Made by a program: the position numbers and the translations under genes
Assembly: GCA_030265395.1 (NCBI GenBank)
Contig: JARFYF010000065.1
Span: forward strand, 7,419,234-7,483,233
DNA length: 64,000 nucleotides
Direction: 5' to 3'
Origin: Rhina ancylostomus
Lineage: Eukaryota
The notes under the pieces: generated by a model
Databases searched by the model: none
What the model was told of the DNA's origin: nothing
The model's input: only the letters and a program-made list of their open reading frames with translations
Shown here: positions 49,701-60,531 of the stretch, piece after piece
Position numbering within the stretch: the first letter of the stretch is position 1
Layout: each line of letters opens with the position of its first letter

Positions 49701-52700
49701 TCGAAGTGCACTGCAGTTAGTATCTGTGCTACACCAACAGCACTAGCCAAACCTTTATTAAGGACAAAGTCAACAGGCAAATGGGAACATCACTGCATGT
49801 TTCCCTCCAAATAGCGTATCATTTTGACGTAGAAATACGTTACTGTCCCCTCAGCATTGGTGGGTCCAACTCCTGGAATTTCCTACCTAATAGCACCACA
49901 GAAATACCTCCACCAGAGGAGTTGGCCGTGGTTCCATAAAATATGGCTCACTGCCATTTTCTTTGGGCCAATTAGGAAAGGGCAACAAATTTTGGCTTTT
50001 CTAACGTACTATTCATCAGATGAATTTTTAAAAATTATTAGTCATCACATAAGTAATACAGCAAGATGCACCATAACAGAATTAGAATTGCTTTTTATTA
50101 TCCATCACAATTAGATTCAATACCAGGTCACAATTAAAAGGTCCATCTTTCATCTGATATTCCAACCTTTTACAACAGCTTCCAGAGAATACTGTGAATT
50201 AATATTTAGAATTGTTTTCTCAAAAATGCCGACTGTGTCCAAGAGCATCCCTGAGTCAACCATTCCCAATGACTCACTGTTCGCATGGGCTCTTAAATGA
50301 AAATGCTCAAAAAAAAATCAAGGTACAAAAACAGACAGAGCCAAAAGGGGAGCAATGTACTTTGAGAGAGACTAGGGGAAGGTCATAGAAAAACAAGCAA
50401 TTCTCAATACCCCCACTACCTACCAACCTCAAAAATATCCAAAATAATGAATTGTACAGCTAGATAAAATTATTATTCTGCTTAAAATCTTTCAATGGTA
50501 ATCAATAAAATTCAGCTATCAACAGCAAAACAGAAGCAAAAGCAACTCAGAATGAGAAGAGAAAATAATAATGTCACACTCAACAGCTTTCTATTCTTAT
50601 CACCCCTTTCCAAATCAGCCTGGTAATAAGAAACAAACCATTTCCCGCTCTACTGCGCCTATTCCATGACCTCCATCTACTTCTGATTCTCACCATTAGG
50701 ATATCCTGAACCATAATCTGGGCTTATGTCTTCTAAATCTTCCACAAACTTCCATGACTGAATGGCATGGTCTCTTGCAACCTGAAGAGGAGATGCAAGT
50801 TATAGGTCAGAATCAATAGCTCCAAGGATTCCAGTAATACATTCAGAAATACAACTGAAGATAATTAATAACAAACCATAAAATCTTTTCATACATACAA
50901 CTTCCAAATCCTACCCTGAATTGCATTTTTTAAAATATCGTATTTTGTAATATTTCAATAAATATCCTTCCATTTTTTCTACATCTGTTTTACAGCAAAA
51001 CATATGCAAGGAATGTCATCATATTGCCTAAACTTAAAACATCAAATGGTAAATTTGAAAGTTATTTGAAGACAACAACCCAATACTGACACCCACTGGC
51101 CACACTTTACCATGCAAAAGAAGGATGCATTGCTTTACATTCCGACCCAACCGGTTGGGGATCTGGGATCAAGGAAAGGATAAACGCTACTCATGAATAT
51201 AAACAGGTTGGTAAAATTTCTGTTCATATTGTAGTTTGGCAAGGGATGTGTCTAGGAAGTAACTTTTGACCACTGCTTCTCAAATGCCTCAATGCTAAGG
51301 CCCAATATTCCCCAATCCAAACGGTAGCATTTTTAAACATAACTACACCATCTATAAATGCAATAGTTAAGTTATACATTTAAAAATGCAATCTTTACAT
51401 TAACATGGGCTGGTCCTAAGTTTCCCCATCATATGCTTCTAGAACCGACCCAATCTGAGCAACGTTTCAATGCGGGCAAGTATAGAACAGAACTGCTTTC
51501 TATGCAGCATTAACACATGAACCACTTGTATTAATCAGACATTGGATAGCTGGATTAAAACATATTATTGCAATTTTTCCCTTTTTCCTGAATTGCACAG
51601 TGATTAATGTAAACTGTTAAAAGGAAAAAAGAAAGCTGGAGTTCATATGTAAAAGCATACCAAGGAATAAAAAGAAATTTTGCTCTGTGGAGAGGTTTTT
51701 TTTAGGAAAAAATGGTCATCTTAATATGGTTTGATGATTAGGGTATGCCTGGCGAATTAAAATGCTGTAATACTAATATGGCAAACATTTACCTGGTGTC
51801 ATCCTGCACAAATTAAACCTCAATTTCAACTGTGACGGTAGTTTCAAGTGTTCTTATTGTTTCTCAGGGTGTGGGGTGGCTGGAACAAATTGCTTATCCC
51901 TATCTGCCTTGGAGAAGGTTCTGATAAGACCTTCTTGAGACACAACATTCTATGTTGCTCAGATTGGAAAGAAAAAACAGTACAGACTGCACATATTCAG
52001 CACTAACCTTAGCACAAATACTGGCTGCACTGACGATTGGGAACAAGGAATCAGCCTTGGCTCTGACTGTAACCTCAAGCTCTGGGAAACGCTCCTTCAG
52101 CTTGGCCTCGTATTTTTCAGCAGGTCCAACTGTGTCTACATAAACCTAGGGATAACCAAATGTATATGGGAGTGCAGTTTAGTTGAAAGATTTTAATCAT
52201 GTGGCACAAAGACTATGTTTTAAAAATCCAGCAGAGCTTCTTAAAGAGAGCTCTGGCCAACACAGGAAAACATGACAGCACAAGAGAGGGTACAGAGGAA
52301 ATTTGTAAAGATATTCTCAAGATCGGTGAACTTCGGTTAAGAGAAGAAATTGGTTGGGGTTGTATTGTTTTCCTTAGAATAGACTACCCTGAGAGGAGGC
52401 ATAATTAAATTACACAAAGTGATAAAAGACCTGGCAGTGTTAATAAGAACCCATTTCCATTTTAAAAACAAAAGGTCAATAAGTAGGGGACATAGATTTA
52501 AGGAACTGTTTAAAGGATTACAGGGGAGTTAAGGAACCTCAGTGTCCCCATCCAAAGAATAGCAAGGGGTCGGGAACACCACTACCTAAAAGAGTTATGA
52601 AGGCAGAAACCTTCATCACATTTAGAGATAGCCAAAGTGCTACAAGGTGGGAAGTGCAATGAACCCAAACAGCTCCTTTTTCTGGAGCATGGACATGAGC

Positions 52701-55700
52701 CACTTTTATTTTTTATCATTAAAAGCATGCAATCCAGTCAAAATGAGGATGCCTCATGCAAAGAAAGACAAAGGACACTGCAGTCTGCTACTATACATAC
52801 ATGGATAGCCAAATTGTTTTACAGTGAAAGTGAATTTTAAACAATTTTAAAGCAACTGAAATGAGTGCTACATTATGGGTTTCCAGTAAAAGCATACATC
52901 TTAATTTATTATAAATATTCATGGAAAAATTATAATCTAATTGCAATCATTAATGAAAGTGCTCTAGGGTAATCAATTAGATTGATACAGACACAAGGGA
53001 ACTATACAATTTTGTTTGTACAAGAAAAAACTCGCCCAGGTTCCAAAATTTAAATGGCAGAGACCTAATAATGTAGCGTGCTCGAGGACATTTAGCTGNN
53101 NNNNNNNNNNNNNNNNNNNNNNNNNNNNNNNNNNNNNNNNNNNNNNNNNNNNNNNNNNNNNNNNNNNNNNNNNNNNNNNNNNNNNNNNNNNNNNNNNNAC
53201 CTAATAATGTATCGTGCTCGTGGACATTTAGCTGGTCAAACTGCACTCACAAATGAATCATCAGGACTAGTATAGAAATTCATTGAGAGTGCATAAGATA
53301 ACGTTGGAAATGGAAAGGTCTTGAACTAAAAGACTAAAATAAATCCTTATTTTCTCTGTTAAAAAAGGCACCATTGTCATAGTAATTTTGCCACATTTCT
53401 GCAGAGATGAGCAATTATCCAAGTGGAGATTGGAGACAATCTTGTCTAGACACTACAAATATGGCTTTGTAATAACTTAAGATTAAAGGAAATTAAAGCT
53501 GCTGAATCTTAACAATACGATTTTGTGAAGACCAGCTGAACAGGATATTGCAAAAAAAAAGTCAGAGTAGGCAGCAACCCTAAACAGACAGTTTTGGATC
53601 CATACTGACAGTAATAATGAACATCATGCTGTCACTATGACATCTACTGTGGTTAATTATTGCATGCAAGTATGATTACCTACGTTAGAGATTCCTTGTC
53701 ACTACAATCAAAGTTGTGCTTGATATACTGTTTTCTCAATCCAGTTTCTTTAAGCTCATACACCATTTACTTTAGAAAAGGTATTATACGAAAGTAAAAA
53801 CACATGCCAGAAATCTGACATAAAACAACAGAAATACTCAGATTAGACATCAGTGAGAGGAGGCCAGAGAGGTAGAGAGTTAATATTTCAGGTTGATGAC
53901 CTTTCACAAGATTAAAAGTCTCAACTGGGCATTTTAAATCTTTTGTTTTTATCGTGATGAGCAAGAGTAGAAAATAATCACAAAATCAAATAACTCAATT
54001 AAATAATCCCCCCAAAATTCTACCCAATCATATTTGTCACCCTATAATGAATGTCATTAAACCCTTGGTTTAAAGCAATTTTCCCTTTCTTTGCAGACAT
54101 CACATCACCCCTTTCAGGCTACTTGGTACCCTTGACTCAATGAACTTGTACACATTCTCTACTGATTTTTTTTTAAATAGACTTTTAAGTGCAGTTTAAA
54201 ATGTCCAGCGTCAGGATCCCAAGCAGATCAAGAAAGATCACAGCTTCCCAAGGAACTGGTAAATCTGGGGGTCATTAACAGAGAAGGAATGATATAAAGT
54301 AATCAGAATCCAAATTTCTATGGAGCTGGAGTCACAAAAGGACTTAAGTGAACAGATGACCTTTTACAACAATTCAGAAATGTAATGGTCAACATTAATA
54401 AGGCTCATTTCCCACCACCACCACCACCCCCCCCCTTCCCCGATTGCTTAACTAAATTTGAATTCCCATTGTGGAATCTGAATTGAGGTCTCCAGATTAA
54501 TAAGCCTTTGCATTGCTAATCTACTACACCACTGTTCCCCAATTTAAAACATAACGGATACAGGTAGAAAGTTAACGTTTATAGGTGGGTAAATTGTAAA
54601 AGAGTAGTAGGGTCACAAATGAAGATTGTTAAGCTTAAATACCAACTCTTTCTGTACATGCTAGCCAGCAGGCAGGGTATTTCCACAGAGACAAGAGACT
54701 GCAGATGCTGGAATCTGGAACAAACAATCTGCTGGAAGAACTCAGCATCTGTGGGAGGAAGGTAATTGCCGATGTTTCCTTTCCTCCCACAGATGCTGCT
54801 CAACCAAGAGTTCCTGCAGAATATTGTTTGTTGCTCCAGGGTATTTCCATCATTTTCTGCTTTGATTGCAGATTTCCATTAACAGTATCACTTGACTTTT
54901 TGCAGAATGATTTCAGGAGATTTCTGAAATAAATTTTTCCGACTCACCTCTTTGACTTGAACTCCACTATCCAATGCATACTGGATGAGGCCAATGGCAG
55001 CATCATGAGACAATGTATTCAGGTTGCACTTGGTTCTGTTTTGGAAACAAGAATCAAGCTTGGTCAGCAATGGCGTTGAGCCTGCTCGTCTGAAATCATG
55101 TGGTGAAATTTTAGGCATTGTATAAAAGAACAGGAACATTTTCCCATTGCTCTAATACTAACACAGCAAACAAGAAAAGCTTCCAATTTTTTAAAAATCT
55201 GAATAAGCAGCTTAAACAACACCTTTTTAAAACTAAAATCATAAAATGGCTCTAAGCAGCCATGGACAGTTCAATTAATGGGATTAAACGACTTTTTTTT
55301 AAATTGTAGTGGACTTTGAAAGCCACAGTTTTAGCACTCGAATGTGCATGTTACTCTTTAAAACTGTTAAGTCAATAAATTCCACTTTATTCCACACTTA
55401 CTGCTGCTTTTGATTTAAAGGAAGGTTTTTANNNNNNNNNNNNNNNNNNNNNNNNNNNNNNNNNNNNNNNNNNNNNNNNNNNNNNNNNNNNNNNNNNNNN
55501 NNNNNNNNNNNNNNNNNNNNNNNNNNNNNNNAGGTTTTTAAATTCACAGTCTACAGATATCCACTTTCCTAATAACTAGGCATGTGAAAATGGGACAGCG
55601 CAGTGGTGCAGCAGTTAGTCCTGCTACTGGATAGCTGGGTTCGGTTGCTGTTGTGGAGCTTGTCTGTTCTGTGTCTGTGAGAGTTTCCTTCAGGTGCTCT

Positions 55701-58700
55701 GATATCCTCTAATATCCTAAATGAGTGTTAGTTGATAGGTTAACTAGTTATTTTAAGTTATCCACAGAGGAGGTGGGTGGCAGGAAAATCGGGGAGGAGT
55801 GCTGTCGATGGCCATCTGAGACAAAATAGGTTACGAGGAAATGTGGGGGAATGGGATTAATTGCTGACCCTGCATGGACTTGATAGACCGAAAAGTCTCC
55901 AGTGTCTTAAGTATGAGAGAAATAAAAATATAAGAAAGAAAGAAACAAGTCACTCCAATGCACACCACCATATAGGACACAAAATCACAATCACAAATGA
56001 TTTTAGCAGCACACACCCAGAACATTCATAGGAAGTTATTTAAAAAATAACAGAGTTCAGTGACTGATCATACATACACAGTTGACTCTGTACCATTGAG
56101 CACAGTTCCACTCTAACAGACCAAATTAAATTTGTTGCAGCTATTGCAAAGCAATTTTAAAAGAGCTGCCTTTAAACATGACTTAGCAGGAGGTTCAAAA
56201 GCAAGTGGACATAGAGTTAAGTAATAGGGGAGAGCACAAACATTTTCACTGAAGTTGTGGGTTTAGGGAACAAAAGGGGGAAGGAAGCAATCATCATCAT
56301 CACATGTAAAAAAAACTTCAAGGGGCGGCATGGTAGTGTAGCGGTTAGCACAACACTATTACAGCACCAGCGATCGGAGTTTGATTCCCATCGCTGTAAG
56401 GAGTTTGTATGTTCTGTGTCTGAGTGGGTTTCCTCCAGGTGCTCCAGTTTCCTCCCACATTCTAAAGACGTACGGATAGGTTAATTTGGGGTTTAAAATG
56501 GGCGGCGTGGACTCGTTGGGCCAGAAGGGCTTGTTACCACACTGTAAATAAAATTTTAAAAAAACACATTCATTTGGAGAGTGCCCTAAAGATGAAGTGC
56601 TGGAAGATGGATTAGACAGAGCAGGTCTTTTTACAAGCAGCACAGACACAATAGACTAAATGGCTGCCTTCTGTGTCATAAATTTTCTATGATTTCTATA
56701 GCCAGGTCAATGATCCCAACCAGAGGACTCCTGCAAATGCCCTGGGGCCATGGCATTGACCCTCAAAACAAAAACCACAAGCCTTACCTACAGCACATTC
56801 TGTGCCTTTGTTACTTTAAGTGCTTCATCCAGATGGTATTCAACATGGCTGATGAATCAGCATTACTCCAGCAGAAGGTAATAGGAAGTTATCAATTGAT
56901 TTTATTGTTTACAAATTGACAAGATGCCAACAAAATTAATAGGCCTCACTTTTCCCGCTCCTAACTATGTACCACTGTCTCTGGCAGGTTCGTTGCTGGG
57001 GCAGATATAGCCAGGACAATCAGGAGGATCCTGGAACATTGACAAAAAGGGTCTGATTCTGTATGCATAACTACGCCAAGCTTTGCTTGACCAGACTCTG
57101 AGGAAACACTCCCAATGTAGACATAACCACAGATGTAGACCAAGAAGGCCTACAAGGTTATATGAGACTGTCACATACGAATTTAGTACCCACGTCAATA
57201 CCAAGTGGTCAATCCAGGTATCCATTTTGTGTTTTGTATGGAAGTTGACAGAACAGAGTGGGTCAAGAATCAATCATACTGCAGTAGGATTGCAGTTATC
57301 TGTAGCCAGACCAGGCAAGGATAGATTTAATCCCCTAAACAATACAGAAAATCAGATGGGTTTTTAATGACAATCCACTAGTTTACAGGTTCATTACAAT
57401 ACTGTACTAGTTTCCCTACCCACCCCCTCTCCCGGGTTAATAAATTCCTTAACCACTATAGAATTTGAAAACTCTTAACTCTGACTACTAGTCAGGTAAA
57501 TAATAACTGTGCTGTTGTTCCCTTGTGCATTAATATATCCCTCCGGTTAAGTCAATATGTTGAGAAATACCTTTGTTGCATACTTGTTGAAATTACGTTG
57601 GGCGAGAGGACCTCCAGAGCCCAGCCAATAGAATCTTTTGCTTCATCTAGTTTGGCAAACAATTTCTCCCTCTCTTTCTCTGTCAATGTCTTGGAGTCTG
57701 ACAAAAAGAAAATCAAAAGGGAAACATCTTTGATGTCATCATTAAGTTTAACAGAAGGAAGTGGTACATGATAGGGCACAAGTAACTAATAAAATTAAAA
57801 CCAGATATGTACCCTAGCAGAAATATGCTAGGAATATACTGACAATCATCGCACATGTTTCCAATGCCAATATTGCTTCTAAAGCCAATATTTCTCTCTC
57901 AATAAACACCAGTGAAACATTATCAAATATATTTCTAATGTGATAGTAGTAGTAGGTGGTAGTAGTTGTTGGCAACCACAACTGCATTGTGGTGACCCAG
58001 AAAAGACACCATATTAAATGGGAAGCTTTTTTTTTGGGTAGGGGAACTCGTATTGCCCAAGACAGCAAGGATCCCCACTTCACTTTTCTTTAAATAAAGA
58101 TCTGCGAAAGCAAGATTCATTTAACTCCCATGATATTCTTAACTCTGGGAAGATCAGCGCATTCCTAATTTCTCTTCAACTCAAATGTCTTGCTGGGCCT
58201 CTTGAGAAGCCAAGTAAAAGTCAACCATATTGCTGTGGGCAAAGAATCACATACAGAGCATATGACACAAGGGTAGTAGAATTCTTTCCCTATAGAACAT
58301 TTATGAACCTGGATTAAAAAAAACAAAAGCTAAATTTATGGTCAACATTACTGATTCTTCAGTTTTATTATACATTTAAGTAACAGCTATTGTGGTGAGA
58401 TTTTAACTCTTGTCTCCACATCAGCCATTGGAACTTCTGGTCCAATGCTACCATGGTGAAGGGTGAAAAGCATCTAAAACCACAAAAAATGGAGATGGAG
58501 TAAACAAAAAGAATTCATCAGAAGGTAATGATTAGGCAGCACCTATGCTGGAATTTTAAAAGCCTGAAGATTTCAACAAGGAGAGGTAAATATTTTACCT
58601 AAAGCTGGCATGAACCACTGTCCTCCTTGCTGATGCACCAAGAATATGGTTGAGGGCTCAACCCTCCAATGGCACTCAAGTTATAGTAACCTCTATGCCA

Positions 58701-60531
58701 CACAGCATGGTCTCGAGTAAGCCATGGAGTCAACGTGCGAAGTGCGCAAAAGAGGGCTGGTGCTGGCAGGCTGGAGCAATCAGTGCAGCTGCTCAGCGTT
58801 CAGATGTAGGGCTCTGGGCAGTAATCTGGCTGGCGTGGAAAGTATGGGCCATTACTGGGCACTGGCAGTGGCCATTCTACATGTTGACTACCTGGATCCA
58901 ACAGTCTCTCTCATCACCTCTTCTGTATGCGATGAAAGTTGCTAGCTCTCCCTTTGTTTGGTTGTACTGCCTGCCCCAGTCTGGAGATTTCTCTATGGTT
59001 ACAAGCTCAGTGGTGGTTGATGGCCAATACCAAAAGAGATTTCCTTACCAAAAGAGATTTCCTTACCAAAAGAGGTTTCCTTACCAAAAGAGATTTCCTT
59101 ACCAAAAGAGATTTCCTTACCAAAAGAGATTNNNNNNNNNNNNNNNNNNNNNNNNNNNNNNNNNNNNNNNNNNNNNNNNNNNNNNNNNNNNNNNNNNNNN
59201 NNNNNNNNNNNNNNNNNNNNNNNNNNNNNNNNNNNNNNNNNNNNNNNNNNNNNNNNNNNNNNNNNNNNNNNNNNNNNNNNNNNNNNNNNNNNNNNNNNNN
59301 NNNNNNNNNNNNNNNNNNNNNNNNNNNNNNNNNNNNNNNNNNNNNNNNNNNNNNNNNNNNNNNNNNNNNNNNNNNNNNNNNNNNNNNNNNNNNNNNNNNN
59401 NNNNNNNNNNNNNNNNNNNNNNNNNNNNNNNNNNNNNNNNNNNNNNNNNNNNNNNNNNNNNNNNNNNNNNNNNNNNNNNNNNNNNNNNNNNNNNNNNNNN
59501 NNNNNNNNNNNNNNNNNNNNNNNNNNNNNNNNNNNNNNNNNNNNNNNNNNNNNNNNNNNNNNNNNNNNNNNNNNNNNNNNNNNNNNNNNNNNNNNNNNNN
59601 NNNNNNNNNNNNNNNNNNNNNNNNNNNNNNNNNNNNNNNNNNNNNNNNNNNNNNNNNNNNNNNNNNNNNNNNNNNNNNNNNNNNNNNNNNNNNNNNNNNN
59701 NNNNNNNNNNNNNNNNNNNNNNNNNNNNNNNNNNNNNNNNNNNNNATGGACCCAAAATTGACTCAGTGACAAGATGCAAGATGATGGGCAATAGGGCTCT
59801 TGAAATTATTCGAAGCCTTTGGGTTGTAGGATTCTGCATAAACACAACAGACTGTGGCCTCCTTGTGTACTACACATTTTTGCAATTGTTTTCTGAAATA
59901 TCCCATCCATTCCCCATCCAAACTACCCTTACAAGGAGGTACAAGATTACAACATTTTCTGTAGGAGTGAAAGAAAATCAGAATGGAGCACGGATTGCAG
60001 AACCATTTTGGAAACAGTTATGAACAGCAACTCTTTGTGAAACAAAGTGACTGACAACAATGATAATGGAATTAAAATCTATATGACGAATGGCTCGCAT
60101 TCCTGATGGATTTTAACCTTGCCCATTCAAGACAGTAGTGATCTCTGCCCCTTTATATGACTTCCACAAGCAACACTCAAACGCATTCATTTGATTTGAA
60201 ATTCACATTCCAGATTCTGTTCAGGTTCAAAATTTATCAGAACTTCTCTGGAAAACCAGCAACAGCATTAATACAAACAGCAGTATCCCAAAGACAGGGG
60301 TGAACACTGAAGTCTCCACTATCAATTCCATGAAGAAAAGAAAAAGATTTAACTGTTCATGTAACAAAGCTTTTGTTTGTTTGGCATTTCTGTTTGGGTT
60401 TTAGCACTGTCACAGTTTGACTATATTATCAGTAGTGCTTGATGTTTAGACTTCCATACCTGCAACCTTGAGCTCTTCCAGCTCTTGTTGCTTGGAAAGG
60501 GGACAAAAGCAGATTGCATACACCATTGGCC
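40587..60531 (-). CDS. RNASEH2A: Ribonuclease H2 subunit A (catalytic), exons 2-8; exon 1 is not in the window (presumably beyond 64000)
   Basis: Seven exons with canonical GT/AG boundaries and consistent phases (72, 127, 88, 138, 88, 124, 139 bp). They encode [67 protein letters not shown] and HRFF, all hallmark RNase H2A motifs. Confidence 0.97.
46185..46547. mobile_element. Penelope-type pLTR inverted pair with hammerhead remnant at 46454-46489
   Basis: agtt-CTGACAA-agat(ctcca)atct-GAAA-cgtt-gact followed by the pLTR tail; inverse arm at 46185-46260. Confidence 0.6.
47914..48037 (-). CDS. RNASEH2A: RNASEH2A exon 7, [41 protein letters not shown](W)
   Basis: ttctacag| acceptor and |gtatgt donor; 124 bp. 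Confidence 0.96.
50694..50781 (-). CDS. RNASEH2A: RNASEH2A exon 6, [29 protein letters not shown](D)
   Basis: cttcag| acceptor and |gtgaga donor; 88 bp; GSGYP motif. Confidence 0.96.
52008..52145 (-). CDS. RNASEH2A: RNASEH2A exon 5, [46 protein letters not shown]
   Basis: cctag| acceptor and |gttagt donor; 138 bp; carries the catalytic Asp residues of VDT and KAD. Confidence 0.96.
52265..52720 (+). mobile_element. Old CR1 LINE 3' fragment
   Basis: Decayed remnants of the CR1 RT end (gagggtacagaggaaattt, ggggacatagatttaagg, gaaggcagaaacc). Confidence 0.55.
54688..54880. mobile_element. Palindromic Penelope-type pLTR-derived repeat
   Basis: cagcatctgtgggaggaagg / tttcctcccacagatgctg inverted arms. 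Confidence 0.65.
54948..55035 (-). CDS. RNASEH2A: RNASEH2A exon 4, [29 protein letters not shown]
   Basis: aacag| acceptor and |gtgagt donor; 88 bp; NLNxLSHD motif. Confidence 0.95.
56322..56562 (+). mobile_element. HE1-type V-SINE, short subfamily with A-rich tail
   Basis: ggcatggtagtgtagcggttagc A box, gtttgattccc B box, V-domain, gggccagaagggcttgtt tail. Confidence 0.8.
57571..57697 (-). CDS. RNASEH2A: RNASEH2A exon 3, [42 protein letters not shown](R)
   Basis: ttgtcag| acceptor and |gtattt donor; DSK motif. Confidence 0.96.
58620..59800 (-). mobile_element. Highly decayed RTE-like LINE fragment hosting the minisatellite
   Basis: Minus-strand remnants resembling RTE RT C-terminal motifs; heavily degenerate. 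Confidence 0.35.
59028..59131. repeat. 18-bp minisatellite (TACCAAAAGAGATTTCCT) x about 5.8, running into a 615-N gap
   Basis: Direct tandem copies with one A>G variant in the third unit. Confidence 0.95.
60460..60531 (-). CDS. RNASEH2A: RNASEH2A exon 2, [24 protein letters not shown](D)
   Basis: ttttcag| acceptor and |gtatgg donor on the minus strand; 72 bp. Confidence 0.95.

Noticed and set aside
53062-53235. ~36-bp direct repeat on either side of a 100-N gap
   Set aside because: Overlapping contig ends or alleles with two mismatches; an assembly artefact. Similar small overlaps occur at 1413/1519 and 55422/55532.
56322-56400. tRNA gene-like A/B boxes (also near 4640, 9180-9238 and 63090)
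   Set aside because: These are tRNA-derived SINE heads followed by the V-domain; no complete cloverleaf.
59028-59131. CRISPR-like array or repetitive protein (YQKRFP)n in ORF 58650-60023
   Set aside because: Head-to-tail repeats with no spacers in a vertebrate intron. The long ORF exists only because it runs through Ns.
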